This document shows positions 48,946 through 60,264 of a stretch of 64,000 nt of DNA, piece by piece. Source of the stretch: Chlamydiales bacterium. GTDB lineage: Bacteria > Chlamydiota > Chlamydiia > Chlamydiales > JAAZZY01. Below the pieces are notes generated by a model. It did no database searches. It worked only from the letters and a program-made list of their open reading frames with translations, and was not told the DNA's origin. The stretch is from assembly GCA_965206695.1 (NCBI GenBank), contig CBDBKM010000010.1, forward strand, positions 32,001-96,000, in the 5' to 3' direction. The position numbers and the translations under genes were made by a program. Each line of letters starts with the position of its first letter. Positions within the stretch are counted from its first letter, which is position 1.

Positions 48946-51900
48946 CGACATTAGCTCTCTACAAATGTATATTTTAAAACAGGTACAAGAGAAAAACATA
49001 TCCCATGAAGATGCAAAGAAGTACTTAAAAGTTATTTTGAATCAGGAAAATACTTCATTAGATCATGAGGAAATTGCTGTAGTTGGTGTCGCATGTGACT
49101 TTCCAAAATCAAAAAATCCAGCAGAACTTTGGAAGCTTTTGGAAAATGGAAAAGATGCATCTGGAGTTTTTCCGAAAACAAGAAAAAATGATGTAGTAAG
49201 GGTTAGTCAAGAAGCATGGGATAAGTATAGTAATTGCAAAACAAGGCCTGGTTGCTTTCTTGATTCAGTTGATACTTTTGACCACGCTTTTTTTAACCTT
49301 GCGCCATCAGAGGCTAAGTCAATGTCCCCGGAACATAGACTCTTTTTAGAAGTTTCATGGGAAGCTTTAGAAAATGCCGGATATACTCGCTCAGATTTGA
49401 AAGGTAAAAACTTTGGAACATATGTTGGTTCATCAGGAGACATGGGTTATGAGAAAATTCTCCCTGAAGGGGACCCCGAAGCAAAAATTGGAAATACACA
49501 TGCAATTTTAGCTTCAAGGATCAATTATGTATTTGGGTTAACAGGCCCTAGCTTAGTTGTAGACACAAGTTGCTCCTCTGCTCTTGTCGCACTTCACTTA
49601 GCTTGTCAGGCTATTTCTAATAAAGAATGTAAAGCTGCTCTTGTAGGAGGGGTTTCACTATCACTGCTTCCGGTTTGGAATGAACTGTCCGCTATGGGAA
49701 ACGAGTCCTCTGATGGAAAATGTAAATCATTTGATGCCTCAGCAGATGGAACAAATATTGCTGAAGGTGTGGGTGCATTGGTGATAAAACCTCTCTCTGA
49801 AGTAATTAAGGATAAAAATTACATCTACGCAGTCATAAAAGGGAGTGCAATAAATAGTGACGGTACTTCCAATGGCTTGACAGCGCCTAACCCCAAAGCT
49901 CAAACTGAAGTCATTTTAAAGGCTTGGAAGAATTCAAAAATTAATCCACTTGATTTGTCATATATTGAAGCACACGGGACTGCTACAAAGTTAGGGGATC
50001 CTATTGAAGTAAAAGGGCTTACAGATGCTTTTAAAAAATTTACTGATGAAAAGAAATTTTGCCCAATTGGTTCAATCAAAACAAACATAGGACATTTAGA
50101 TGCAGCTGCAGGAATTGCAGGAGTTTTAAAATTAATTCTCTCCATGCAGCATAAGCAACTACCTGCTTCATTACATTTCAAAGAGGCTAACCCTTTAATT
50201 GATTTTGAAAACTCTTCTGTTTTTGTGAACAATCAATTAAATCCTATATCAAATAAGCCTTTCTTAGCAGGTATAAGTTCTTTCGGTATTAGTGGGACGA
50301 ATGCTCACTTAGTACTAAGTAGCTGCGAAGATAAGGCAGAGAAAAGGAAAAGATCAAGCCTACAACTATTCTGCCTTTCAGCAAGAAGTCAAAATTCACT
50401 TCAAACTTTAGTGGGACGCTATATAGATAATTTATCATCTAAAACATTCAATTGCCTTGCAACTTTATGCTATTCAGCAGCAATAACAAGAGAGCATTAT
50501 GAATTTAGGACGGCCTTTATAGTTGAAACTCTTGAAGATCTTTTAGAACAACTTAAATTTTATCTGGAACCTGTTAAGGTTCAAAAGATTGACAAATCTA
50601 GCGTAGAGAAAAGTAGCTCACCAACAGATCCTTCAAATGTTAAATTAAAACAATATCAATGTGCGTATTTAAGTGGAAAAAATCTGAATCATAAGAGCTT
50701 TTATAATGAGAATGATTTACAATTTGTTCCACTACCCCCAACACCATTCGAAAGTGTGCGCCATTGGCCTGCTCTAAAGATTGAACAGGAAAGTGAACCA
50801 AGGTTTGATCCGAATGAACTTCTTTTTGATTTGAACTGGATTCCTAAAAAAATAGATTTAGCTGCTGAACGAATTGCAAGCTTTGAAAAGGATGACTTTT
50901 GCCTTATTTATAATATCAAACATCCTCTTGGGAACCTTTTATCAAATCGACTGAGAGAAGAGGGGATGAACGTCATTTCAATCTATGTGGGTGACAAATA
51001 TGAGTACAAGCTTTCGGATGAGAGTACGTTTTATCTCAAACCAACAGAGCTTGAGCATTATGAGAGGCTTTTTAATGACATAGGAAGTACAAAACTCATG
51101 AAAGTGCGCAAAGTTTTTCATCTTTGGAATTTATTGGAATCCAAAAAGACCATGAATTCATTAGATTTAGTGACAAATTCACCTTATGAAGGAGCAATTA
51201 GTCTTTTCTGTTTAGCAAAGCTAGTTTGCAAGCATCAAATGGACCACAATATGCAACTTAATGTCATTACTTCTAAAGCTCATAAGGTTACTGACAGTGA
51301 CAGAGAAGTATATCCAACACGCTCAGTGCTCGTAGGATTAAATAAAGTAATTACTCAAGAATTACCTAAAATTGCCACTTATACAATAGATTTAGATTTT
51401 GAAGTTGATACTCCAGAAATTCAACTATCCCAAATATTCTCAGAGCTGGAAGTCTCTACCAAGTTCCGTGATGATCTTGTTGCATACCGTAATGAAAAGA
51501 GGTATCTGCAATATCTTTCCCCAATGCCAAAAAGTAAAACAGGCTCTTGTGAATTTATTACCAAGGAAGGAGATGTCTATTTATTTGCAGGAGGTGCAGG
51601 CTATTTAGGAGTTCAAACCTGTATTCACTTGGCTGGGCAGCAAAAAAATCTCACTTTTGTTTTAATTAATCGATCTGCAATTCCACCAAAATATGAATGG
51701 GACAAAGTTATATTGCAAGAATCCGAAACCTCTAGGTTGCATTATCAAATTAAGGGTTTTAAACAGATAGAAGAACTTGGTTCTCGTGTTATTTATAAAC
51801 AAGCGTCTGTTACAAATTATAACGAAATGTCGAGTCTTATAGAAAACATTAGAAAAGAATTTGGGCATATTGACGGAGCTTTACTGGCTATGAAGGACAT

Positions 51901-52735
51901 CTATATAAAAACCATCGAAGATATGCCCATAGATGAATATAAAGCTGCATTAGATAGCAAGCTAAGAGGAACATTAATACTAGATCAGTTAACTCGCAAA
52001 GATAACTTACACTTTTTTATTAACTTTGCATCCATATCTTCTATTATGGCTGGACCTGTTAACAGCGATTGCACCTCTGTTAATGCCTTCTTAGATACAT
52101 TTGGAGACTGGAGAAATCAATTTTGTAATAATACGTTTACCCTAAATCTTACAGAGATCTTAACAGAAGATAAAAGGGGGACAGAACAAAAAATTACGAT
52201 GCTTCCGCCTATTCCATATGAAGCTTTCTTATCTGGGATTGATCAAATTCTTAAACGAGGATTAGCTTATGCTGTACTTGCTGAATTTGATTATAAAATT
52301 ATGCAAATTGTCCTGCCTAAAATTAAGATTCGTTTTTCAGCCGATCTGCTCGAAACAATTCAGTCAGAATCTTCGGTTCAACTATCAAATTCTAAAATTA
52401 GCCCGGATGAATTTAATAAAGAATCCGTAATAAATAAACTCTTTCAAATATGGAAGGAAGTCCTAGGATATGACCAAGTGACTCTAGAGACAGACTTTTT
52501 TGATACAGGAGGCACTTCAATTACAGCTCTGAAATTTTTAAGACTAATTGAGGCAAGCTTTGGAGTTAAATTTGAAGTAGACGACCTCTATACTTGCTCA
52601 ACTGTTGATCAGATGTATGAACGAATTAATGAGTTATACCATGAAGAGACAAAAGACGATTTAATGGAGTTGCTTGATAACTTAGAGAAAGAAACTGTTT
52701 CTCTAGAAGAAGCTTCAAGTGAATTGTCAAGATAA
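48938..52735 (+). CDS. AT-less PKS module: KS-KR-ACP
   Basis: KS DTSCSS/HGTAT/NIGH; no GxSxG AT domain; KR GGAGYLG; ACP GGTS. Confidence 0.93.
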   Translation: MNNDISSLQMYILKQVQEKNISHEDAKKYLKVILNQENTSLDHEEIAVVGVACDFPKSKNPAELWKLLENGKDASGVFPKTRKNDVVRVSQEAWDKYSNCKTRPGCFLDSVDTFDHAFFNLAPSEAKSMSPEHRLFLEVSWEALENAGYTRSDLKGKNFGTYVGSSGDMGYEKILPEGDPEAKIGNTHAILASRINYVFGLTGPSLVVDTSCSSALVALHLACQAISNKECKAALVGGVSLSLLPVWNELSAMGNESSDGKCKSFDASADGTNIAEGVGALVIKPLSEVIKDKNYIYAVIKGSAINSDGTSNGLTAPNPKAQTEVILKAWKNSKINPLDLSYIEAHGTATKLGDPIEVKGLTDAFKKFTDEKKFCPIGSIKTNIGHLDAAAGIAGVLKLILSMQHKQLPASLHFKEANPLIDFENSSVFVNNQLNPISNKPFLAGISSFGISGTNAHLVLSSCEDKAEKRKRSSLQLFCLSARSQNSLQTLVGRYIDNLSSKTFNCLATLCYSAAITREHYEFRTAFIVETLEDLLEQLKFYLEPVKVQKIDKSSVEKSSSPTDPSNVKLKQYQCAYLSGKNLNHKSFYNENDLQFVPLPPTPFESVRHWPALKIEQESEPRFDPNELLFDLNWIPKKIDLAAERIASFEKDDFCLIYNIKHPLGNLLSNRLREEGMNVISIYVGDKYEYKLSDESTFYLKPTELEHYERLFNDIGSTKLMKVRKVFHLWNLLESKKTMNSLDLVTNSPYEGAISLFCLAKLVCKHQMDHNMQLNVITSKAHKVTDSDREVYPTRSVLVGLNKVITQELPKIATYTIDLDFEVDTPEIQLSQIFSELEVSTKFRDDLVAYRNEKRYLQYLSPMPKSKTGSCEFITKEGDVYLFAGGAGYLGVQTCIHLAGQQKNLTFVLINRSAIPPKYEWDKVILQESETSRLHYQIKGFKQIEELGSRVIYKQASVTNYNEMSSLIENIRKEFGHIDGALLAMKDIYIKTIEDMPIDEYKAALDSKLRGTLILDQLTRKDNLHFFINFASISSIMAGPVNSDCTSVNAFLDTFGDWRNQFCNNTFTLNLTEILTEDKRGTEQKITMLPPIPYEAFLSGIDQILKRGLAYAVLAEFDYKIMQIVLPKIKIRFSADLLETIQSESSVQLSNSKISPDEFNKESVINKLFQIWKEVLGYDQVTLETDFFDTGGTSITALKFLRLIEASFGVKFEVDDLYTCSTVDQMYERINELYHEETKDDLMELLDNLEKETVSLEEASSELSR

Positions 52736-52758
52736 TAGCAAACCTCGGGATCACTAAA

Positions 52759-55700
52759 ATGACAGATCAGTATATTAACCAAGTTTTAAAACTACTTAAA
52801 AATAAAAAACTATCAAAGGAAGTTGCCTATGATCTAATCAAGTCCTATCAGGCCAATATTCCTGAAAGCTCTAACAACTTGTTAAAATCTGATGAACACA
52901 GGATTGCAGTGATTGGAATGAGTTGTCGCATGCCAAGTGCTAGCAACGCATCGGAATTTTGGGCGAACCTAACCGGTCAAAAAGACTGTATCCGTCCTTT
53001 CCCGGAGACCAGAAAAAAAGATACAGATCCGTTTTTGAAGAGAGTGAATCCGGATTTATTTATCGATAGTGATCCTTATTGGCCTGCGGGATTTATTGAT
53101 CGAGTAGATCTATTTGATTCAGACTTCTTTAATATAGTTCCTGGTGAAGCTAAGTTTATGGACCCTCAACAGCGTTTATTTCTGGAGGTCGCTTATGAGG
53201 CTATGGAAGACTCCGGCTATATTGGTACACCTTTCAGTCAGGCAAAGGCAGGGGTTTATATCGGCCATTGTGACAATGAATACCAAGCTGCAATTGAAGA
53301 AATAAATCCTGCAGCAATCCCTGGAAACCTAATACCTTTCATCGCCTCTAGAATTTCATATTTATTCGATTTAAAAGGCCCTGCTATCTCTATTGCAACA
53401 ACGTGTTCCTCTTCTTTAACTGCTATGCATATGGCTTCACAGGCGTTGCTCTCAGGAGATTGTGAAATGATAATTGTTGGAGCAACAAATTTATACCTTT
53501 TCCCTGCTAACATTAAAAGCGATTCAGTCTATACAGTTGGAATTTCTGCTGAAGATTACCGCTGTAGAACATTTGATAGCAAAGCGAATGGGGTAGTAAG
53601 AGGAGAGGGGAGTATTGCTCTTGTGCTGAAGCCTTATGCTAAAGCAGTTGAGGACCATGATCAAATACATTCAGTGATTTTAGGAAGCGCAACAAATAAT
53701 GATGGCCATTCTGCTCGGTTAACTGCACCAAACCCAGTGGCGCAAACTTCTCTAATTCAGGAAGCATGGAAAAAATCCAAAGTGGATCCAGAAACTATTT
53801 CTTACATCGAAGCACATGGAACAGGGACTAAGTTAGGAGATCCGATAGAGGTAAAAGCTATAAACAAAGCTTTTGCAAAATACACCAGTAAAAAACACTT
53901 TTGTGGACTTGGGTCTGTAAAAACTAATATTGGGCACCTGGTAGGTGGAGCCTCGGGGCTAGCAGGTGTTTTGAAGGCAATATTAAGTCTAAAACATAGG
54001 TTAATTCCCTCCATTTTGCATTATGAAGACCCCAATCCCTTAATAGATTTTAAAAATTCAGCAGTGTATGTAGTCGATAAAAATTTAGAACTCAATCAAA
54101 AATGTATTCGAATGGGCGTTTAGTGCCTTTGGATTTAATGGTACGAATACGCATTTAATCCTTGAGAACTACGAATTTCAGCAGCCTCTTGAAAATATTC
54201 CGGATACTTATATTCTACCAATTTCAGCAAATTCTGAATCGGCTTTGATTAATCTCGTTGATCGGTATCGTCATTTTATAGGCTCAGACTGGAATGCCGG
54301 GGAAATATTCAACTTGTGTTACACAGCTTCAGTCAAGCGTATTCATAGAGCTTTCAGAGCTTGTTTTATTTTTCAAAATGTTCCTGAACTTCTCCACAAA
54401 TTAGATCAATTTATTGAAAATCCGAAGAACGACACAACTAATCATATCTATGTTTCAAATAGTTCTTCTAATTCCGACAAAGAAGTTAATATAACGAAAC
54501 TTCAGCTGAGTGAAATTGCTGAGAAATATATTCAAGGTGCTAGAGTCGACTGGGCGCAGCTTTATTCTGCATGGGATACTTATACTACTGGGCTGCCTCA
54601 TTACCCTTATGAGCGAAAAAGAGTATGGCTATCTCCCCCTCAAATTGAACCCGAAGTCACCGAAAATATCCGCAGTGAATCACTACAAAAGGTATCGGAA
54701 AACGTTAAAGTTAATATGACATATGAAGAAAAAGAAAATTTATTCATGAAAATTTGTCAGGACTTGCTCGGTATGGATAACTTTACGTTGGAGAGTGACT
54801 TTTTTGATTTAGGAGGAGATTCCTTACTAGGTATCCAGCTCATCAATTTACTGCATAAGTATTTTAATAAAAAAATCTCACTAGACGATATTTTTGATTC
54901 CGGTTCATTAAGTGACATTCTACAACTTATTGAGACTTCAGATAGTGGTAAATTTGACACAATTGAAAACTTGCCCGAACAAAGTTCATACATAGTTTCT
55001 TCAGCTCAAAAAAGACTGTGGCTTTTAGAGCAAATGCAAGAGCAAAAAAATGCATATAATATGTATGACTTCTATCTTTTAGAAGGTCTGCTTGATTTGA
55101 CCTTATTTGATTTAGCTTGTGCTCATCTCATTCAGAAGCATGAAGGGTTAAGAACAACTTTTGAAGTCGTAGAGGGGGATCCTGTTCAAAAAATTAATAA
55201 AGAACTTAAATCAAAAATTATTAAATCAGAAGCTAATTCAATTCAGGAAGGAATAACACAATTTAATGCTTTTTTAGAGGAGCCATTTGATTTATCAAGT
55301 GGCCCACTACTTAAAATTAATATAATTAAAATCGAGGAAAGAGACCAATATGTTGTAGGATTTGTTATACACCATATGATTTGCGATGGTTGGTCTTTAA
55401 ACCAACTCATTATTGAACTATTCCATTCCTACTCGTTATTGCTGAAGGGATCGAAGCTTCCAAGTAACACATTACGACTAACATACAAAGATTATGCTGC
55501 TTGGAAGATAAAGTTTTTGGTAAGTGCGGGTTTTAATAAGCAGGAGAAATTCTGGATAGAAAAACTCAATAATTCACCGGTCAACACCGAAATCCCGAGT
55601 GACTTGGTCAGACCTGAACTATTCAATTTTAAAGGAGCTAAAGCAACTTTTCTAATTAACTCTAACAGTGCCTATGCCCTTAAGGAATTGGCTAGGGACA

Positions 55701-58700
55701 ATCAAGCAACCCTGTATATGACACTATTGTCAACGATCTACTTTTTAATTTATAAGTACTCTAACCAAAGAGATTTATTTGTTGGATCACCTGTTTCAGG
55801 GCGCTCACATCATGACTTAAATACAGTAGTAGGCTGTTTCGTAAATACTCTAGTTATGAAAACACACTTGAATCCTAGTGAATCTTTTGCGAAATTTCTT
55901 CAAAATGTCAAAAAAGATGTTTTAGAAGCGTTCGAAAATCAGGATTATCCCTTTGATTACCTCGTAACTAAGCTCAACTTATCGAAAGATACAAGTCGGG
56001 CGCCTATTTTTACTATTAATGTTGTTCTCCAAAATCAGAAAAAAATTCCAACTGACCTCTTGCCTGATGATTTATCAGTGAACCAATTAAAAATTGATCA
56101 TAATACTGCTAAGTGGGATTTAGAATTTGAATTTACAGAATTCGATAACGGTTTAATTCAATGTAATTTAGAGTATTACACAGGTATATATTCTCATGGA
56201 CGTATTCAAAGTATTATTGAAACCTATGAACATTTGATTCATAACATAGCTCAATCGAGTCACAAACCTCTTCAAGAGGTAGATATTTTACCTAAAAAAC
56301 ATAAAAATCAACTTTTGAAGCTCTCCTCTACTTCAAATCTGAAAAAAAGACCTGCTTCTGTAATAGACGCTTTTAATGCAGTGCTTAGTCATAAAGCAAA
56401 TGCAATTGCGGTGCATTCAAATGGAGATCAACTTTCCTTTAAAAATTTAGACTCCCTCTCAACCAATTTAGCTCAATTATTACTAGACAAGCAAATTAAG
56501 AAAGGTTGTTTTGTTGGAATGCTAATGGAGAACTCTCCGGAAACAATAGTATCTATACTAGCCGTTTTAAAAACGGGGGCTGCTTATGTGCCACTTAATA
56601 CTTCATTTCCTGCAAGCAGGTTAAAGTTAATTTTAAAAGATTGTGAAGCTTCTTTTCTAATTACGAAAAACAAGCACAGAAAACTTGCTGATGAGTTTCA
56701 ATGGAGTTGTTCAAAACTTCAGTCCTACTTTTGTTTTGATGATGAATCAGAAATTGAAAGTACTGAAAGTTCAGAACTCATGGATCAAAACCTTTGGGAT
56801 TATGTTGCAGACAAAGCAACAGATGATATTGAGGCCAGTGGTTGGGTCAGTAGTTTTACTGGGCAACCTTTTTCTGTACTTGAAATGTCGGAATACAGCC
56901 AAAATATTTATAGGAAGCTAAATAGTAGCCTTTCGAAAGACTTAAAAGTATTAGAAATTGGGTGCGGTTCAGGTTTAACAATGGAAGTTATTGCACCACA
57001 TGTTGGAGAATATATTGCAACAGATCTATCTGAAAAGATTGTTCAAAGAGTCAATGAAAAATCAAAACATTTAGGGCTTAATCATGTCAAAGCTGTAACT
57101 GTTCCGGCACATGAAATAGATCGATTGAATCTTAAGTCATTTGATTTGGTAATTATAAATAGTGTAATCCATTGCTTCCCAGATATTGCATACTTAAAAA
57201 AACTGCTTAAACAAATCACTGATTCACTTCTAAAAAGCAAGGGGCGAATATTTCTTGGAGATTTAATGGATTTGGATCTCAAGGAACAATTACTAGATGA
57301 CTTAAAAAATTATAAGTCCAACCACCCTGATAAGAACGTCAAAACTAAATTGAGTTTTGATGGTGAGTTATTTATTTCGAAAGAATTTATTCAAAGTTTA
57401 AAAGTAGAGAACTTATCTATAAAAGATATCTCTATTTCTAATAAAATATTCACTGTTTCAAATGAATTAAACAAGTACCGTTATGATGCTCTTTTAGATA
57501 TAGATCGAGGGTGCTTGAATAAAGACCAGCAAAACATAAAGCAAAAAAATCATTATAATAATGAAGATCTAAAATCTGCCAACAAAGCAACTTTTCCAAA
57601 AGTTGTAGAAGATGCCATTGCCTATGTTTTATATACCTCAGGCTCTATTGGGAGCCCAAAAGGTGTTCTTGTATCTCACTCAAGCTTATTAAATTATATC
57701 TTTTGGTCGCTCTCATATTACTGGAGCGAAGATGAGAAAGTTATATTTCCTTTATATTCTTCAATTTCATTTGACTTCACTTTGACAAGTATTTTTTGTC
57801 CTTTATTGTCTGGAGGGCAAATGAAAATTTTATCAGGTAGTTTTGATCAGGTTATTGAAAAAATTGCATCAGACAAAACTATAAATAGCTTTAAAATTAC
57901 TCCTGCACATTTGAGTTATTTAAAAGGTTTAAATTTTGATTTATCCCATATCAATGCACTCATAGTAGGTGGCGACGCACTACTAGGGCATGCTTTGACA
58001 CCTTTTGTTAATAACCAAAATACCAGAATATATAATGAATATGGTCCAACTGAAGCAACTGTAGGGTGTATCGTTTACAAAGGATTGCCTAGTGAGATGT
58101 TAAAGTATACCAATGTTCCAATTGGGAAACCTATAGATGGTGTAAAAGTACTTATACTTGATGACTACGGCAAACCCGTTCCGATTGGAGCAACAGGCGA
58201 GTTGTATTTAGGGGGGGCATGCTTGTCAAAAGGTTACCTTAATTTAAAAGAAAAAACGAAGAAGAGTTTTACTTTGAAAAAATGGGCGTCTTCTGGAACT
58301 GATGAAATATTCTATAAGACGGGTGACTTAGTCCGCCTTTTACCCTCAGGGAATCTTGAATACGTGGGAAGAAAAGACAGGCAAGTAAAACTAAGATCTT
58401 TCCGAATAGAATTATCTGAAATTGACCAAATGCTAGGGCAGTTTCCAAAGATTGTGGATGCAGCTACAACTATTGTGGGAAATAAGAAAGGTGCTGAATC
58501 CTTAGTAGCATATTATAGCGGACCAGAAAAGATTGAATCCGAAGAACTTGTAGATTATTTAGGTAATTTTTTACCTGATTATATGATTCCTACTCAATTC
58601 GTATATTTACAAAAGTTTTCATTGAATATAAATGGTAAAATGGATTTTGCGAAGTTGCCTAATCCAAGTGATCTAGCCGAGAAAGAATATGAGCCTGCTG

Positions 58701-60250
58701 ACACTGTAATTGAAAAACAGTTAGTAACTATTTGGGAAAGACTTTTTTCAAAAAAGCAAATCAGCATCACAGATGACTTTTTTAGCTTAGGCGGAGACTC
58801 AATATCAGCAATGAGAATGTTAAGTTACGCTAAACAAGAAGGAATTCTAATAGCCGTAAAAGATGTTTTTCAAAAAAGGACAATTAAAACCTTAGCTAAG
58901 GTAGTAAAATCCAAAGAGGCAAAAAAATGTGATTCTTTGAAGGTAAGTTACGATAATTTAAGTTTAATGACCTACACGCCGATTCAAAAATGGTTTTTGA
59001 ATCAAAATTTTGAGAATCCCAACTACTTTAATATGGGATACTTTTTCAAAGTTTCAAAATCAGTAGATTTTGATCGCCTTGAGCAGTCTTTTGAAAAATG
59101 CATAGACTTTCATGAAACTCTTCGTTACTTCTACAACTTCCAAGAAGAAAATCCTAAACAAACTTTTAGAACCGAATTTAGTTTTAAAATAAAAACTTTT
59201 GATTTAGTGCAACTAGATCAAAAAAAGCATGAAGATAAAATTATTCAAATCGTTGCAAGTGAGCAAAGAAACTTCAATTTAGCTAACGATCTTCCAATTA
59301 GGGCATTTTATTTTAATTTAAGTGAAAATGAGAAGCGATTATTGATTTTAGTCCATCATTATGTAATAGATGGATACTCTTGGAGAGTTCTTTTAGAAGA
59401 TTTGCAAAACTTCTATCTATTAGACTCATATACTCCTGAATCAACATCTACTTTTAAAAATTGGACGGATAAACTAAACACTCTGTCTGTGCCAGGTCAC
59501 AAAATATCATATTGGTCCATGGTTCAAAATCAGTTACCTGATTCGATCTGTATTGAGGATAAATTTCAATGTACCAAGAACAAATATGCTCACAAGAGCC
59601 TTGTTTTTTCTTCCATACTTACTTCTTCCCTTAACGTAGTAAGTCGAGATGAATATAATACCAGTATACAAGATGTCCTACTTGGGGTGTTTGCAGAAGC
59701 CTTTATGAAAATTTTTAAAAGAGAAAACTTGTGGATTAATTTAGAATCCATTGGACGCGATCCGGAGATATGTGAGGAGTTAAATTGTGACCTTTCTAGA
59801 ACATTAGGCTGGTTTACAGCTCTTTTTCCTGTTTTGATACGAAAAGAAAACAAAATTTCAAAAACTATCCGATCTATTGTGAAGACTCTACAAGAAATTT
59901 CAAACCAAGGTATATATTTTGGAGTAAGTAAACAAGACAAGAAAAGTCCTCTCAATGATCTACAAAATCCCGAGATTCTATTTAATTATTTTGGTAGGGT
60001 TGATGAAGATTTGCTCAAAAAAGGCTCTACAAACTTATTCGAAAGTACGACTGAAAGTTTCGGAGACATATGGGGGCCTGAAAATCGTCGCCCCTATATT
60101 TTTGAAGTTAACTCAATTATTACCGAAGGAGTTTTAAGAGTAGAAATAGAATTTCAGAATGAGATTTTTAAGCATGCAGATGTTGAAAAATTTGTAGATC
60201 TATTTAAAAATTATTTGGAAATGCTTTGCTCAGTCCAAATCCTTAAATAA
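52759..60250 (+). pseudogene. Hybrid PKS-NRPS KS-ACP-C-A(MT-interrupted, Asn)-T-E split by a 1-nt frameshift at 54119-54121 (true lesion or sequencing error)
   Basis: GGC GTT T AGT GCC TTT GGA: removing one T restores GVSAFGFNGTNTHLILE and fuses ORFs 52759-54123 and 54245-60250 into 2496 aa. Confidence 0.88.
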
Positions 60251-60264
60251 CCTTTATTGAGACA

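Noticed and set aside
52759..54123. Free-standing KS protein
   Set aside because: Its conserved C-terminal motif continues in the +1 frame; it is the 5' part of a frameshifted gene
37646..60137. Short antisense or out-of-frame ORFs inside the megasynthase genes (and similar ones in gspE, pta, ackA, moxR)
   Set aside because: Shadow ORFs of long well-supported genes with no independent signals
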